A stretch of DNA of 64,000 bases. It comes from Verrucomicrobiota bacterium (GTDB lineage: Bacteria; Verrucomicrobiota; Verrucomicrobiia; Opitutales; Seribacteraceae). Position numbers and translations under genes: made by a program. The notes under the pieces were generated by a model. It was not told the origin of the DNA, did no database searches, and saw only the letters and a list, made by a program, of their open reading frames with translations. This document shows positions 31,493 through 42,013 of the stretch, in pieces. Every line of letters starts with the position of its first letter. Within the stretch, counting starts at the first letter, position 1. The DNA lies in assembly GCA_027622665.1 (NCBI GenBank), contig JAQBYT010000004.1:128001-192000 (forward strand), in the 5' to 3' direction.

Positions 31493-32896
31493 TTATCCGA
31501 AGATGTCGAGCACTGGCTTGCCGGCAGTGAGGGGGCGGGAAGCACCGGAATTCTCTGTAGCCGGGTCTAGGGATATGCCCATTGCGTGCAGGACGGTGGC
31601 ATGGATGTCTTGAGGGTGAACCGGGTCGCTCTCAGGTTCGGATCCGATTCTGTCCGACTTGCCGTAGACTGCACCACCACGAATGCCGCAACCTGCGAGG
31701 ATGGCTGAGAAACATTTCGGCCAGTGTTGACGACCCGGAGGTTGCTGGGTGAGAACTTTTGGGGTGCGACCAAACTCTCCCATAACCACGACGAGCGTAT
31801 CGTCCATCATGCCGCTTGCCTTAAGGTCGGTGAATAAACCGTACAAGGCTTGATCCAGACGCGGCAGGCAGAAGCCCATGCCATAGGAACCGTTTCCAAA
31901 GGCATTTCCCATGCCCATATTTCCCCCATGCATATCCCAGCTAGAACTGGGCGGTCCCTTCTTGTCGTGCGGTGCCTGTCCGGCCCAGCCGTTGACGGTA
32001 ACGAAACGTACACCTGATTCCACCATGCGTCGAGCCAGCAACAGGTTTTGCCCGAGGGGATTCATACCGTACAACTCTCGGATTTTTGTAGGCTCTTGTT
32101 GCAGGTCGAAGGCTTCGCGGCCTTCTGGGCGGGTCATGCCGTCGAAAGCCATTTCTCGAAGATTTTTCCAGTCTTTGCCTTTTGGGTCCTGGTCAAGGGC
32201 GTCGGACTCAATTCCGTCAAGCAGACTTCGGCGATTCAGCAGGCGATCAGGATCGGTGGTCTCGTAAATTGTTGGGGGCTTGAAGTTCGGCATGGCCGGA
32301 TGGTTGTCGGCCGATCCCACGAAGACAGGGGAATAGGGGGAGCCGAGGTAGCCGCCCGTGGAAAGATTTGGTGCACAGAAGACGGGTGGTCCGACGCACT
32401 TGATCAGCCATGCGTTCGATACTAAGTTGCGCTTGCTTGGAAGATGCTTTGCCACGACGGACCCAATGTAGGGAGAATCATCGGGGACTCCTTGCTTTAC
32501 TCTTTTCTCCGACTGTCCGCTGAGCAGGTTGTGCATGGCGTCGAAGTGGTTGCTGATGCCTCCGGGATGGGTGACGGAGCGAATTAAGCAGAACTGGTCC
32601 GTGATCTTGGCCAGCTTGGTGTGCATCTCGTTGAGCTGCATTCCAGGCACCTTTGTACGTATGGGCTTGTATGGTCCTCGGTACTCGGAAGGAGCGTCCG
32701 GTTTCATATCCCAAGTGTCGACGTGGCTCGGGCCGCCGCACAATAGGACAAATATACAAGACTTCTTGGAGGCCACGGCGTTGCCCGAATCATCCGTTTT
32801 GTCGCGACCAAAGACCAAGCCCGGCATGGTCAGGTTCACGGCCCCGATGCCGGCTCCTTGTAGCAGGCGACGGCGAGAGATAGTTGGTTCTTTCAT
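31493..32896 (-). CDS. DUF1501 family protein
   Basis: SRRRLL Tat motif, GGPSHVDTWD, LLARRMVESGVRFV, WDMH, GEFGRTP and GRQHW. Confidence 0.92.
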   Translation of the reverse strand: MKEPTISRRRLLQGAGIGAVNLTMPGLVFGRDKTDDSGNAVASKKSCIFVLLCGGPSHVDTWDMKPDAPSEYRGPYKPIRTKVPGMQLNEMHTKLAKITDQFCLIRSVTHPGGISNHFDAMHNLLSGQSEKRVKQGVPDDSPYIGSVVAKHLPSKRNLVSNAWLIKCVGPPVFCAPNLSTGGYLGSPYSPVFVGSADNHPAMPNFKPPTIYETTDPDRLLNRRSLLDGIESDALDQDPKGKDWKNLREMAFDGMTRPEGREAFDLQQEPTKIRELYGMNPLGQNLLLARRMVESGVRFVTVNGWAGQAPHDKKGPPSSSWDMHGGNMGMGNAFGNGSYGMGFCLPRLDQALYGLFTDLKASGMMDDTLVVVMGEFGRTPKVLTQQPPGRQHWPKCFSAILAGCGIRGGAVYGKSDRIGSEPESDPVHPQDIHATVLHAMGISLDPATENSGASRPLTAGKPVLDIFG

Positions 32897-33038
32897 CTTC
32901 TTAATGCGTTTAAGTCGAAATATGAAGTGAAGCTTTTTCTAGTTAGAGAATTGTTTACCAGCATGGCACAGTCAATGTATTTTGAGCAGTGCGGCAAAGA
33001 GAATGAGAAGGATTTGGAAGCAGTCGTATGTCGGTGGA

Positions 33039-35372
33039 CTAGATTTTGTGCGGGTTTAATTCTCGATTGCCGGTTGCGTCGGTGGCGGTGGCGGTGATGC
33101 TCTTGGACTTGGGTAGTTCGATGCTCCAGTCGGCGACGCCGTGGACTTGGCTGAGAATTCTGGCGGATTTACCGTTCACGGAAATGGTTTTCACGACGCC
33201 GTTGTCGTGGGTAGTCCCTTGAATCAGGAGGCGGTCGCCATTTGAGTCGATGCGCGTGATGACGGTACAGGGCGGAAGGTCGTCCACGGGGCTTAGGAGT
33301 TCCGGAAAGTCTATACCACTTACTTTCGTTGCGAGGGATTCGTCACCAGTTAGACCCTTTTCCTTGGAATACTTGTTCCCGTCGCCAAGCAAGTCCTTGG
33401 CTCGAGAACTAATTACTTTGGCGTGCTTGCCGGGGCCGAAGTAGTCGTGAATGAAATAGGGAACGCCCTTGGGTGTGGATGGCTTGAGGCGAGGTCCACC
33501 GCCTAGGTTCATGAGTGGCCAACGGTCCGGGCGTTTGGGATCGCGACCTCGAACCGTCACATTGCGGAAATGTGATTCGGCCTTTCCGTTTACGTTGTTG
33601 GCGCTGATCTGGATGAGGGGCATGCTGCCGCCGTAACCCATATTGCTGAAGGTGAGTCCGTCGACAGTGATGCTTCCGTGCTGTACGCTCTTGTCGTCTA
33701 GGCCTCGATTGAAGGGTTCGCTTCCGGTTGCGGCAATGCTTAGGTCGCGGTAGACATGGTTCTCGAACCAGGGTCGATATATCCCGTAGACCGCGTGGTC
33801 GATTTGAATGTTTTCCGCCAGCATAGTGGGTAACTGGGCTCTGAATGCATAATGGGTCTGCCAAATTTTGAGGTCTCTTATGAGGTGCGGATGTCGCAGG
33901 TCGGGGCCTACGCCCTCGGTGCCTGCGAGGACGACGGAATAAAGTCCTTCGCTGTGTGACTCGTTTTTCTCGAAGCGGCTAATGGCGAGGGTCCGTATGT
34001 CGACGATTTTTCTGGAACCGTCCGGCATGAGTATGCGTAGGTTGCTGTCGAAATTGCTGCGCTTTTGGCAATCATAACGAAAGCCGTATTTTGCATTTTC
34101 CACAGCTACGTTTCGAGTGAGAACATTTCGTCCATTTGCCCACCAGAAGGCGGCTCCGTCGTTTGGATCGAAGGGAAGCTCTTGGTCCTTCAGTCTAGGG
34201 CCATTGAAAGCCTGTACGCCGAGGTTGCGGTCGAGCAGGTTGAATACTTCCGACCCGTTCTCAAGGAAGTAGCCGTGTCCCACCGACTTGTAGCCTACGC
34301 AGTCACGCACAAGTAGGTATTGCGTGCCGTGAATCGTGACCCAACGGTTGTGCGAGTCGACTACGGCGACGCCGAGCACAGCAGAACCGCGCATTGTTTC
34401 GCCGACCAGATGGAAGTGTATTGGGTATCTCCCCAGTTCGCCTTCCTTCCCGAGATGGGCGAAACGGGCGTAGCTGATACCGCCCTTGCTGTGTCGATGG
34501 TACATGGTGTGACCCCGGACGCCATCTGGATCGGCGCTTTCGACGATGACGTTTCGGGATAAATTTGCCACCTCGCTACGAAACTCTCCATCCCCAGAGT
34601 GTTCCAAGCGCAAGGGTTTGTCGAGAGTGATTGAGTGCCCATCGATGGCCTTAACTATTCGCTCTTCCGTGCCCACTTCCTCGTCGCGATAGGTACCCAT
34701 GTTTCGCACTTTCTTGGAGGCGGTCACGATTATCTCGTCACCTACGCGCCAGTCGGAGACATTCTCATTCACGACAATCTTTGCGTCGCCCGGTTGGCAG
34801 GTCGCACCCAGTTTAACCCATGGCCTCCCAAGGGGGGAGCCGTGCAATTCCATACGGGCAGAGCAACAAACCAGCGCGGGTGCATCTTTTTTGTCCATGC
34901 CCTCCAAATAGTGGAGGCGAATACGAGCAGTATGCGCTGCGGGGATTGGGTTTTGTTGCGTGCCCACTTCGAGAGTGGGCAAGGATTGCCCCAGTTGGGC
35001 GTTCGGTTCACCGTTTGGTTTCAAGCTGTTGAAATCACAGGCGAATCCACGTTCCGTACATTTGTTGCCTGCTTGAACCTTGAGTAGGCAAGCGTTGAGC
35101 TCGGTACTGCGGTCCCGGGCGAACCGGAGTGTTCCGGCCACCTGAATAAGCCGTATGACGGGCGTGGTTTTTGCGTCAAAGCGAACCGAGGTGCGTGAAC
35201 TAATCAATACACGGTCTCCCGCTTTTGGGAGGCGTTGTGGTTGCCAGATCTTTGGATTTGTCCAATCGCCATCGGCGACCGACTTAACGGAAAACTGAAC
35301 GGTCTCACGCTGTGCAGGAAGAACGGCGGTAAAGGTGGTGACCAACAGGAGGATCGAGAGAATGGTCTTCAT
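33039..35372 (-). CDS. G8 domain protein with parallel beta-helix repeats
   Basis: N-terminal DGDWTNPKIW...LPKAGDRVLI, then EVANLSRNV, GRYPIHFH, RWVTIHGT and GHGYFLENG. Confidence 0.85.
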   Translation of the reverse strand: MKTILSILLLVTTFTAVLPAQRETVQFSVKSVADGDWTNPKIWQPQRLPKAGDRVLISSRTSVRFDAKTTPVIRLIQVAGTLRFARDRSTELNACLLKVQAGNKCTERGFACDFNSLKPNGEPNAQLGQSLPTLEVGTQQNPIPAAHTARIRLHYLEGMDKKDAPALVCCSARMELHGSPLGRPWVKLGATCQPGDAKIVVNENVSDWRVGDEIIVTASKKVRNMGTYRDEEVGTEERIVKAIDGHSITLDKPLRLEHSGDGEFRSEVANLSRNVIVESADPDGVRGHTMYHRHSKGGISYARFAHLGKEGELGRYPIHFHLVGETMRGSAVLGVAVVDSHNRWVTIHGTQYLLVRDCVGYKSVGHGYFLENGSEVFNLLDRNLGVQAFNGPRLKDQELPFDPNDGAAFWWANGRNVLTRNVAVENAKYGFRYDCQKRSNFDSNLRILMPDGSRKIVDIRTLAISRFEKNESHSEGLYSVVLAGTEGVGPDLRHPHLIRDLKIWQTHYAFRAQLPTMLAENIQIDHAVYGIYRPWFENHVYRDLSIAATGSEPFNRGLDDKSVQHGSITVDGLTFSNMGYGGSMPLIQISANNVNGKAESHFRNVTVRGRDPKRPDRWPLMNLGGGPRLKPSTPKGVPYFIHDYFGPGKHAKVISSRAKDLLGDGNKYSKEKGLTGDESLATKVSGIDFPELLSPVDDLPPCTVITRIDSNGDRLLIQGTTHDNGVVKTISVNGKSARILSQVHGVADWSIELPKSKSITATATDATGNRELNPHKI

Positions 35373-37063
35373 GGTGTGCCTTGTTTGTTAGGTTTCTTCC
35401 GTACCAGATTCCCCTTGACCGTGGCTTTGCGTCCGATGATCTCAAGGGCTTGGGAATTGATGTCGTCTGAGAAGGCGATGTTGCCCGAAGCCTCGGTTGG
35501 CTTCTCGCTGTTTCGTATGACAAGAGCGGTGCCTAGAAAAGCGTGAACTTTGTTGTCGTTTGCTGAGACTTGATTGGCTTTCGAGGCGAAAAGGGCATGT
35601 CGCCAGTGGTCCACTTCGTTGTTTGAAAAAGTAACTGAAGAGCCTTCCCTTACCCAAGTGGCGAAGTTCGGAGGTCCACCTTTGCGGGGACCGTTGCCGT
35701 GAAAGCGGTTCTTCTCGATATGGGCGGTCCCTTGGAGCAGAACGCCGGCCACGCCACCGCCGTTTAGGTCGTTGTCGGTTAGGGTGGCGGTCGAATTCTC
35801 CAGAATGGCTACGAGTGGGGGCATGCCTCCCTTTCGGGACATGATGTTCTTTTTAGCGGTCAGCTTGGAACCATTTCGGATGCCGATGGCTACGAGGGCA
35901 TTGTCGATAAGGCGGTTATTGATCAGGAGTGCTTCCGACTGATGGCGAACCCCGATGCCCGATGCCTTGTTGTCTTTGCAGAGGTTATCCACGATTTTTG
36001 CCACGACTCCATGCTCGATTCCAATCCCGGCGGCACCGTTCCCAATGCATTCGTTGCCCACTATTTCGGGATGCGCTTCGTGACGGGCACCAATGCCCGC
36101 TAGTTTGTTTTTATGACAACGATTTGAGCGAATGATTGGTCGGGCTTCCTCCTCGGTTCCTATCCCGGCCATATCGTTTTCGAAGCAGTCGTTGTCTTCA
36201 ATCACGGGGCGTGTGTCCTTACCCGTCCGTATGCCAATACCAGCCCGGCGGTTTTCATAACAACGGTTTTTCGTCACGGTGGGAGAACTGCCCTCGCTTA
36301 TGCCAATACCAGCCCGGATGTTGTTGTAGCATTTGTTTCCGCGTACCATGGGACTTGCTCCATTGTGGCCAATGCCTGCGTAAAAGTTTTCGAAGCAGAC
36401 GTTGTTTTCGATTAGTGCGGTGGAGCCGGCCATGGAACCGATGCCACCGCCCATGTTGCGATAGCAGACATTGCCGATGACGCCGGGCGACACTTTCCGA
36501 TCCTTGGATCCCGTGATACCGATGCCCGTGTAGCCGACGTGATGCACGATGTTGTTCTTCACTTCGCATGTGTAACGCACTTCGATGCCAGCTGTGCCGG
36601 AGACGCCGATATGCTCGTGGCTCTGCATGTTCCCCTGCGTTGCGTAATGTTTCTTCCACTTGTCGTCGTCGTAGCGACCCACCCCGGTCACGGTAAAACC
36701 ATCCAAGGTCGCGTCTGCTCCCATAGTGACACCCGGACCTTTCCCTTTCGGGTGGTTCAGTATAGTGATTTCGGCCCGCTTTAGACCGAGTGCGCCCTTG
36801 GCGTCGTCTCCCGTGCTCCGGACGGTTATTCCTGCTTTCAGGACTATCCGCTCGCGGTAGGTGCCTGCCTCCACAAGGACGCGGTCGTTCGGTTCGGCTT
36901 TGTCGATGGCCGATTGTATCGAGGGGTAGTCTTTCGGCACCAGCAAATCGGCGGCACTGGTCCTATGGACGAAAGAAGTGAGTTGGGCCGTCGCGAAAAT
37001 TACGAGTGGGAGAAACGCTTTCATTGTAAAAATAAAGGACTTGATTTGGGTTTTCATTTGCAT
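35369..37063 (-). CDS. Right-handed parallel beta-helix repeat protein
   Basis: VPKDYPSIQSAID start followed by about 8 tandem ~22-aa AGIG...P.I..N.C..N repeats. Confidence 0.85.
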   Translation of the reverse strand: MQMKTQIKSFIFTMKAFLPLVIFATAQLTSFVHRTSAADLLVPKDYPSIQSAIDKAEPNDRVLVEAGTYRERIVLKAGITVRSTGDDAKGALGLKRAEITILNHPKGKGPGVTMGADATLDGFTVTGVGRYDDDKWKKHYATQGNMQSHEHIGVSGTAGIEVRYTCEVKNNIVHHVGYTGIGITGSKDRKVSPGVIGNVCYRNMGGGIGSMAGSTALIENNVCFENFYAGIGHNGASPMVRGNKCYNNIRAGIGISEGSSPTVTKNRCYENRRAGIGIRTGKDTRPVIEDNDCFENDMAGIGTEEEARPIIRSNRCHKNKLAGIGARHEAHPEIVGNECIGNGAAGIGIEHGVVAKIVDNLCKDNKASGIGVRHQSEALLINNRLIDNALVAIGIRNGSKLTAKKNIMSRKGGMPPLVAILENSTATLTDNDLNGGGVAGVLLQGTAHIEKNRFHGNGPRKGGPPNFATWVREGSSVTFSNNEVDHWRHALFASKANQVSANDNKVHAFLGTALVIRNSEKPTEASGNIAFSDDINSQALEIIGRKATVKGNLVRKKPNKQGTP

Positions 37064-37117
37064 AACTTTACGTTCTTTCGGTTGATGTTTTCACCCATCA
37101 TTGGCGGATTTCGTCGT

Positions 37118-38092
37118 TTATTTTTTCGCCAGCACCCAGATGTTTCGGTAGCGGACGGGGTTACCATGATCTTGGAAATGAAAGGTGCCGGCTTTGTGAT
37201 TGAGTTCTACTTTGTCGTGAATTTTGATTCCGTTGTGGTGGGCGGTCATGAGTGCCTTCTTCCCGCCTTTCTGCACACGATACTCGACATCGTAGGCTTG
37301 CCATTGGAGAGGAGGGAGGGAAGCGAAGTTGAAGGTGGCGTCCTTTTTGCCCACGAGGCTGGGGATCGGTTCCATTACGTCGGGGTTCTTGTATTTGTAG
37401 AGTCCGCCGCAACCGCCGCCGAGATAGGTGACGGCGCCGAAGGAGTCGAGCACTTGAATTTCCTGACCATTGGCTAGGTAGAATCCACTATTACCACGAC
37501 CTTGGCCGCGGGCAGTCGATCGAAGGTTGCAGTTGAACTCGACGTGAGCGTCGTAGTCGCCCTCGATCTTCTTGACGGAGTTCATTCCGCCCTTGGGGAC
37601 TTGAATGGAACCGTCTTTCTTGTCTATATGAATCCATTCGCCCGAACGGGCTTTCATGTTGTCGAAATTTTTCCCGTCGATGAGGACGATGGCTCCGGCA
37701 GGAGGTTTCTTGCCGAGGGCAGGGGACTTTCTTACAATTCGCTTGATCGAAAGGGAACCCTTCTTCCCGATGGTTCCGTCTATTGCGCCATCCTTGAAAC
37801 TGGCCTTGCAGTCGGCTCCACCGATTGAACCCCCAAAGGTTACGCCTCCCGATTTCGCGTCCGTTTTTCCGTCGATCTCGGCTCGGACGATCTTGCCGTC
37901 CAGTTTGCGGCGGGCGAGCAACTTGAAGGTACCCTTGCCCATGGCCACCACGCGGACCTCTGTCTCGGCCGAGCCGGCGGCGTCCTTCCACGATCCCTCG
38001 TAGAGACCTTGTACGCTTTCTTCGGTCGGAGGCTTGGCGATTGCAAGTGCAGCTAGAAAAGGAAGGAGCAGTACTGTTTTTGGGATATTCAT
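37118..38092 (-). CDS. DUF1080 family protein
   Basis: PPAGAIVLIDGK, RGNSG, EIQVLDS and FQDHGNPVRYRNIW. Confidence 0.88.
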   Translation of the reverse strand: MNIPKTVLLLPFLAALAIAKPPTEESVQGLYEGSWKDAAGSAETEVRVVAMGKGTFKLLARRKLDGKIVRAEIDGKTDAKSGGVTFGGSIGGADCKASFKDGAIDGTIGKKGSLSIKRIVRKSPALGKKPPAGAIVLIDGKNFDNMKARSGEWIHIDKKDGSIQVPKGGMNSVKKIEGDYDAHVEFNCNLRSTARGQGRGNSGFYLANGQEIQVLDSFGAVTYLGGGCGGLYKYKNPDVMEPIPSLVGKKDATFNFASLPPLQWQAYDVEYRVQKGGKKALMTAHHNGIKIHDKVELNHKAGTFHFQDHGNPVRYRNIWVLAKK

Positions 38093-38140
38093 GGTTGAGT
38101 GGCTTTGAGTTGTGGAAAGGAAAGTAACGTTCGGCTTTCT

Positions 38141-39364
38141 CTACTTGCGAACGTCGTAGGCCAACAGGATATCCTGATCCCTGACGTATAGAACACCGTC
38201 GCTCACTACCGGATGTGGCCAAGCTTTCGCCTTGGAGCGTTCGGGTTGGTCGAACTTGCTGATTTGGCGGTATTCCTTCGGGTTGAGCTCCACGAGGGCG
38301 AGAGGTCCGTTTTCAGCCCGCAAAATGATTTTGCCGTCGATAATCAGTATCGCACCCTTGCCCGCGCTGCGCTGCCGCCACATTTCCTTACCCGTCTTGA
38401 GTTCTACGCAAGCGAGGGTGCCGTTGCTTGAAGCGTAGACGTAATCGCCCACTCGGATACAACCACCGTGGTGGTTCGAGATCGTCTTGTTGGCATAGAT
38501 TTCCTTGGCCGAGAAGTTTCCCCCCGAGTGGGTCACCTTGAAACCGTTGCAACCTACGCCGTAGGCACTGCTGACGAAAACATGTCCCTCATGGAAAATG
38601 GGGGTGCTGATCGTAGCCGTTTTCCCTTTGCGGGGAGCTTGCCAAAGCACCTTCCCCGTAGAGGCTTCAAGTCCGACTACGTTGGCCCCTGTGAGCTGGA
38701 CGTACTGTCTCTTGCCCCCAAACTCTCGAACGATCAACGAGCTGTATTGGGCTCCATCGGTGAATTCCTTACTTTGCCAGAGGAGCTCTCCGGTTTTCTT
38801 GTCCAGGGCTACCACCGCGCCTTGTTTCCCCCCGGGAGTGACGATCACCTTGCCTTCGTCGACCAAGGGGCTCTCGGTGTAGTTCCATCCGCCGGATCGG
38901 CCGCCGAAGTCCTTGGTCAGGCTCTTCCGCCAGACTTCCGAACCATCGGAGGCCTGCAGACAGACTAAGTCGCCGAACTGGCCCAGAGCGTAGAGATGAC
39001 CATCATCGAAAGTGGGTGTGCAACGGGTCCCCTTGTAGTTCCCGCCGGTCTTTCCAACGGGTTTGGAGGACCAGATGATTTTGCCGTCCTTTGGGTTGAG
39101 GCAGTGAACATTGCTTGATTCCTTGCCGTCCCCCATGGTGTAGATTCGACCTCCGCTCACGCTTACGCTGGAAAACCCTGCTCCCACCCCGGTCGCTTTC
39201 CATAGCAACTTGGGGCCACCCTCCGGCCATTCGTCGAGAATGCCGGTTTCGGTGGAGACTCCGTCGCGATTCGGCCCGCGCCATTGCGGCCAGTCGGCGG
39301 CGAAGGTCGACAGCGCGAAGGTCGACAAAGTAAGGATTAGTATGGAAAGCTGTGTTTTTTTCAT
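38141..39364 (-). CDS. PQQ-binding-like beta-propeller protein
   Basis: Start MKKTQLS at 39364; ADWPQWRGPNRDG and WPHPVVSDGVLYVRD. Confidence 0.88.
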   Translation of the reverse strand: MKKTQLSILILTLSTFALSTFAADWPQWRGPNRDGVSTETGILDEWPEGGPKLLWKATGVGAGFSSVSVSGGRIYTMGDGKESSNVHCLNPKDGKIIWSSKPVGKTGGNYKGTRCTPTFDDGHLYALGQFGDLVCLQASDGSEVWRKSLTKDFGGRSGGWNYTESPLVDEGKVIVTPGGKQGAVVALDKKTGELLWQSKEFTDGAQYSSLIVREFGGKRQYVQLTGANVVGLEASTGKVLWQAPRKGKTATISTPIFHEGHVFVSSAYGVGCNGFKVTHSGGNFSAKEIYANKTISNHHGGCIRVGDYVYASSNGTLACVELKTGKEMWRQRSAGKGAILIIDGKIILRAENGPLALVELNPKEYRQISKFDQPERSKAKAWPHPVVSDGVLYVRDQDILLAYDVRK

Positions 39365-39575
39365 AATGGGTGTTGATCCGTGGTTGCTCCATTCCGTCAC
39401 CTCGTGTCCGGACTGCAATTACAAAAGATGCCCGGAATGCGGTTTCTTGAAAGCGCCCCGAAGGAATTTCACTACGGTCTCAGGCAAGCAACTCTCCCAG
39501 AGACCTGACTAATCGAGATCCTCGAGGATGGGGTCGAATTTGCCGCAAGGTAAGGAACGCTTGCCAAAAGATCAC

Positions 39576-39591
39576 GCCACCTTCGGGTGGC
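39576..39591. terminator. Short hairpin downstream of hsdR (possible terminator)
   Basis: Perfect gccacc-ttcg-ggtggc hairpin; on the minus strand it is followed by gtgatctttt. Confidence 0.4.
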
Positions 39592-39691
39592 TTGACCTAC
39601 GCATCGTCTCCATCCGTACCGTTGACCGTGGATTGCGACTCAAGTCAACAACCAGATCAATCATCCAATCCAGACGGGAATCTCCTCCCGA

Positions 39692-42013
39692 CTACGCCAC
39701 CTTGGACTTCTCGTAGAGGTATTTCTGGAACTCCACGAACAACCGACCGATCTCGGCGGCATCGCCCAGTTCCCGGATCGCGTCGTGGATGCCTCCATAC
39801 TTCAGTTCGAGAATATTTTTCAGCTTCTCTGGCTGTAGTTCGCTTACGCCTTCCTTCACGTACTGCGTGAGCACGAAGTCTAGAAAGGCCTGTTGCTTGT
39901 CCTCGTAGTGCGAAAAGATCAGGTCCTTGTTTTCCGTCACTCGCTCTTCCCGGGTCTGGGTGGCGAGTGAAAAGGCGATGTAGGCCAGCACGTCGAACAC
40001 GTCGCTCTTTTCTGCCCCGATTATCTTCTTGGCCTCTTCCAGTTGCTCGATCGAGTAGCCCTTTTCCGACAATCCTTCCATCAGGGACTTTCGGGTATCC
40101 GGCTGGCTCCAAATCTCGCGTAATTGTTTTTCGTCGTGAAAGAAGGCGGGTAAATCACCGAACAAGTTCTGCACGAATTCAGCGGCGGAGATCGGGTGCC
40201 CATCCGCGTGCCAAAAAGTGGTTTGCGACATGTGCTGGATCTGGCGTTCCTTGCCGTCGGCCAAGGTGATTTTCACTATTTGCTTCTTTTTCCCGTATTC
40301 CCTTTCCGGCGGTGGTTCGCTGACTATGTCGTCGTCCTTTTCCTCACGCGGCTTCGGTTCCGCAGGTTCCAGCGGTTCGCCGTCCCATTCCTCGTCGTTG
40401 AAGTGCTCGTAGGCCTTCACGAAATCGTGAATGGTGAAGTAATCTTTTCCGTCGAAGGTGCGGGTGCCCCGGCCGATGATCTGCTTGAACTCGATCATCG
40501 ATTTCACCGGTCGCATCAGCACGATGTGGCGAACGTTTCGCGCATCCACTCCGGTGGAAAGTTTTCTTGATGTGGTGAGGATGGTGGGGATGGTCTTCTC
40601 GTTGTCCTGAAACACACGCAACTGCTGTTCGCCCAGTTTGCCGTCGTTCGCCGTCACTCGCACACAGTAATTCGGTTCCGTGCTCGACGCGTATTGATTG
40701 ATCAAATCGCGCACCGCGAGGGCATGTACCTGCGTGGAGCAGAAAACGATGGTTTTTTCACGTTGGTCGATCGAGTCCATGAAGATTTGCACCCGCTTGG
40801 CCTCACGTTCCTTGATCTCGATGATGACGTTGAAATCCTTCTCCTCGTAGCGTTTACCCGTTTCCACCTCGCCGTCCTCGATCTCGTCGTCGTCGACGTA
40901 GACATAGTCGTCGAGCGTGGTCGATATCTGGTTCACCCGGAAGGGGGTGAGGAAACCGTCGTTGATGCCTTCCTTCAGCGAGTAGACGTAGACCGGTTTG
41001 CCAAAGTAGTCGTAGGTGTCCGCATTATGTTCCCGCTTGGGGGTGGCGGTCAGCCCCAATTGTACGGCGGGAGAAAAATAGTCCAGGATTCCACGCCAGC
41101 TGCTTTCGTCCTTGGCTCCCCCACGGTGGCACTCGTCGATCACGATGAAGTCGAAGAAGTCCGGCGGGTATTCCCCAAAGTAAGGCTCCGATTCGCCTTC
41201 CTCGTCCCGTCCGCTCATGAAGGTCTGGAAGATGGTGAAGAATATGCTCCCGTTCTTGGGTACGCGTCCCTTCTTGCTGATCTCGTCGGGAGCGATCCGC
41301 ACCAAGGCATCCTCCTCGAAGGCGGAAAACGAATTGAATGCCTGATCCGCCAAAATGTTTCGATCGGCGAGAAATAAAATGCGTGGTCGCCTTCCCGGTT
41401 CCCGGCTCAAGTTCCACTTGCTCTCGAAGAGTTTCCAAGCCAGCTGGAACGCGATGAAGGTCTTGCCCGTCCCCGTGGCCAGGGTGAGCAGGATGCGGTC
41501 TTCGCCCGCCGCAATCGCCTCCAAAGTTTTGTTGATCGCATTGTGCTGGTAGTAGCGGGCCTCCCAGTTGCCGCCCTTGTCCTCGAAGGGTATTGCCGCA
41601 AATCGGTCGCGCCACTGGTTTGCCTCCGCGAAGGTTTCCGTCCAGAGCTCGTCCGGGGTAGGGTAGTTCGCCACCTCGCCCTCGTTGCCCGTGTGCATAT
41701 CCGCTCGGTAGATGCCCACTCCATTCGTGGAATAGGCGAACCGCGCCTGCAAACGCTCGCAATATTTCTTGGCCTGGGCCAGCCCCTCGGTCACCGGCAG
41801 GTCCCGCTTCTTCGCCTCCACCACCGCCAGCTTTTGCCCCCGGTAGGTCAATACGTAGTCTGCAATGTCCGAGCTCGCCCGTCGGCCTGCGCCCTGTATC
41901 CGCCCCGGGGAAATGATCACCTCCCGCCCAACCCGGCTCTCGGGCGTCACGCCCCAACCCGCCGCCTTCAGGGCGGGGTCGATCAGTTCGGCTCGGGTTT
42001 CCGCTTCGTTCAT
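39692..42013 (-). CDS. hsdR: Type I restriction enzyme R subunit (EcoAI/EcoEI-like)
   Basis: NEAETRAELID, ADY...VVEAK nuclease motif, ATGTGKT, DECHR, GLTATP, QIIGRGTR and an EcoEI-like C-terminus. Confidence 0.95.
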   Translation of the reverse strand: MNEAETRAELIDPALKAAGWGVTPESRVGREVIISPGRIQGAGRRASSDIADYVLTYRGQKLAVVEAKKRDLPVTEGLAQAKKYCERLQARFAYSTNGVGIYRADMHTGNEGEVANYPTPDELWTETFAEANQWRDRFAAIPFEDKGGNWEARYYQHNAINKTLEAIAAGEDRILLTLATGTGKTFIAFQLAWKLFESKWNLSREPGRRPRILFLADRNILADQAFNSFSAFEEDALVRIAPDEISKKGRVPKNGSIFFTIFQTFMSGRDEEGESEPYFGEYPPDFFDFIVIDECHRGGAKDESSWRGILDYFSPAVQLGLTATPKREHNADTYDYFGKPVYVYSLKEGINDGFLTPFRVNQISTTLDDYVYVDDDEIEDGEVETGKRYEEKDFNVIIEIKEREAKRVQIFMDSIDQREKTIVFCSTQVHALAVRDLINQYASSTEPNYCVRVTANDGKLGEQQLRVFQDNEKTIPTILTTSRKLSTGVDARNVRHIVLMRPVKSMIEFKQIIGRGTRTFDGKDYFTIHDFVKAYEHFNDEEWDGEPLEPAEPKPREEKDDDIVSEPPPEREYGKKKQIVKITLADGKERQIQHMSQTTFWHADGHPISAAEFVQNLFGDLPAFFHDEKQLREIWSQPDTRKSLMEGLSEKGYSIEQLEEAKKIIGAEKSDVFDVLAYIAFSLATQTREERVTENKDLIFSHYEDKQQAFLDFVLTQYVKEGVSELQPEKLKNILELKYGGIHDAIRELGDAAEIGRLFVEFQKYLYEKSKVA

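Noticed and set aside
32015..32042. Near-identical ~25-bp stretch shared with 58890-58917
   Set aside because: Both encode the conserved LLARRMVESG motif of DUF1501 paralogues.
39430..39505. Glycine-riboswitch-like words (ccgaagga...tctcaggcaa) on the plus strand
   Set aside because: The 5' GGAGAG element is missing, there is no second aptamer, and no plus-strand gene lies downstream.
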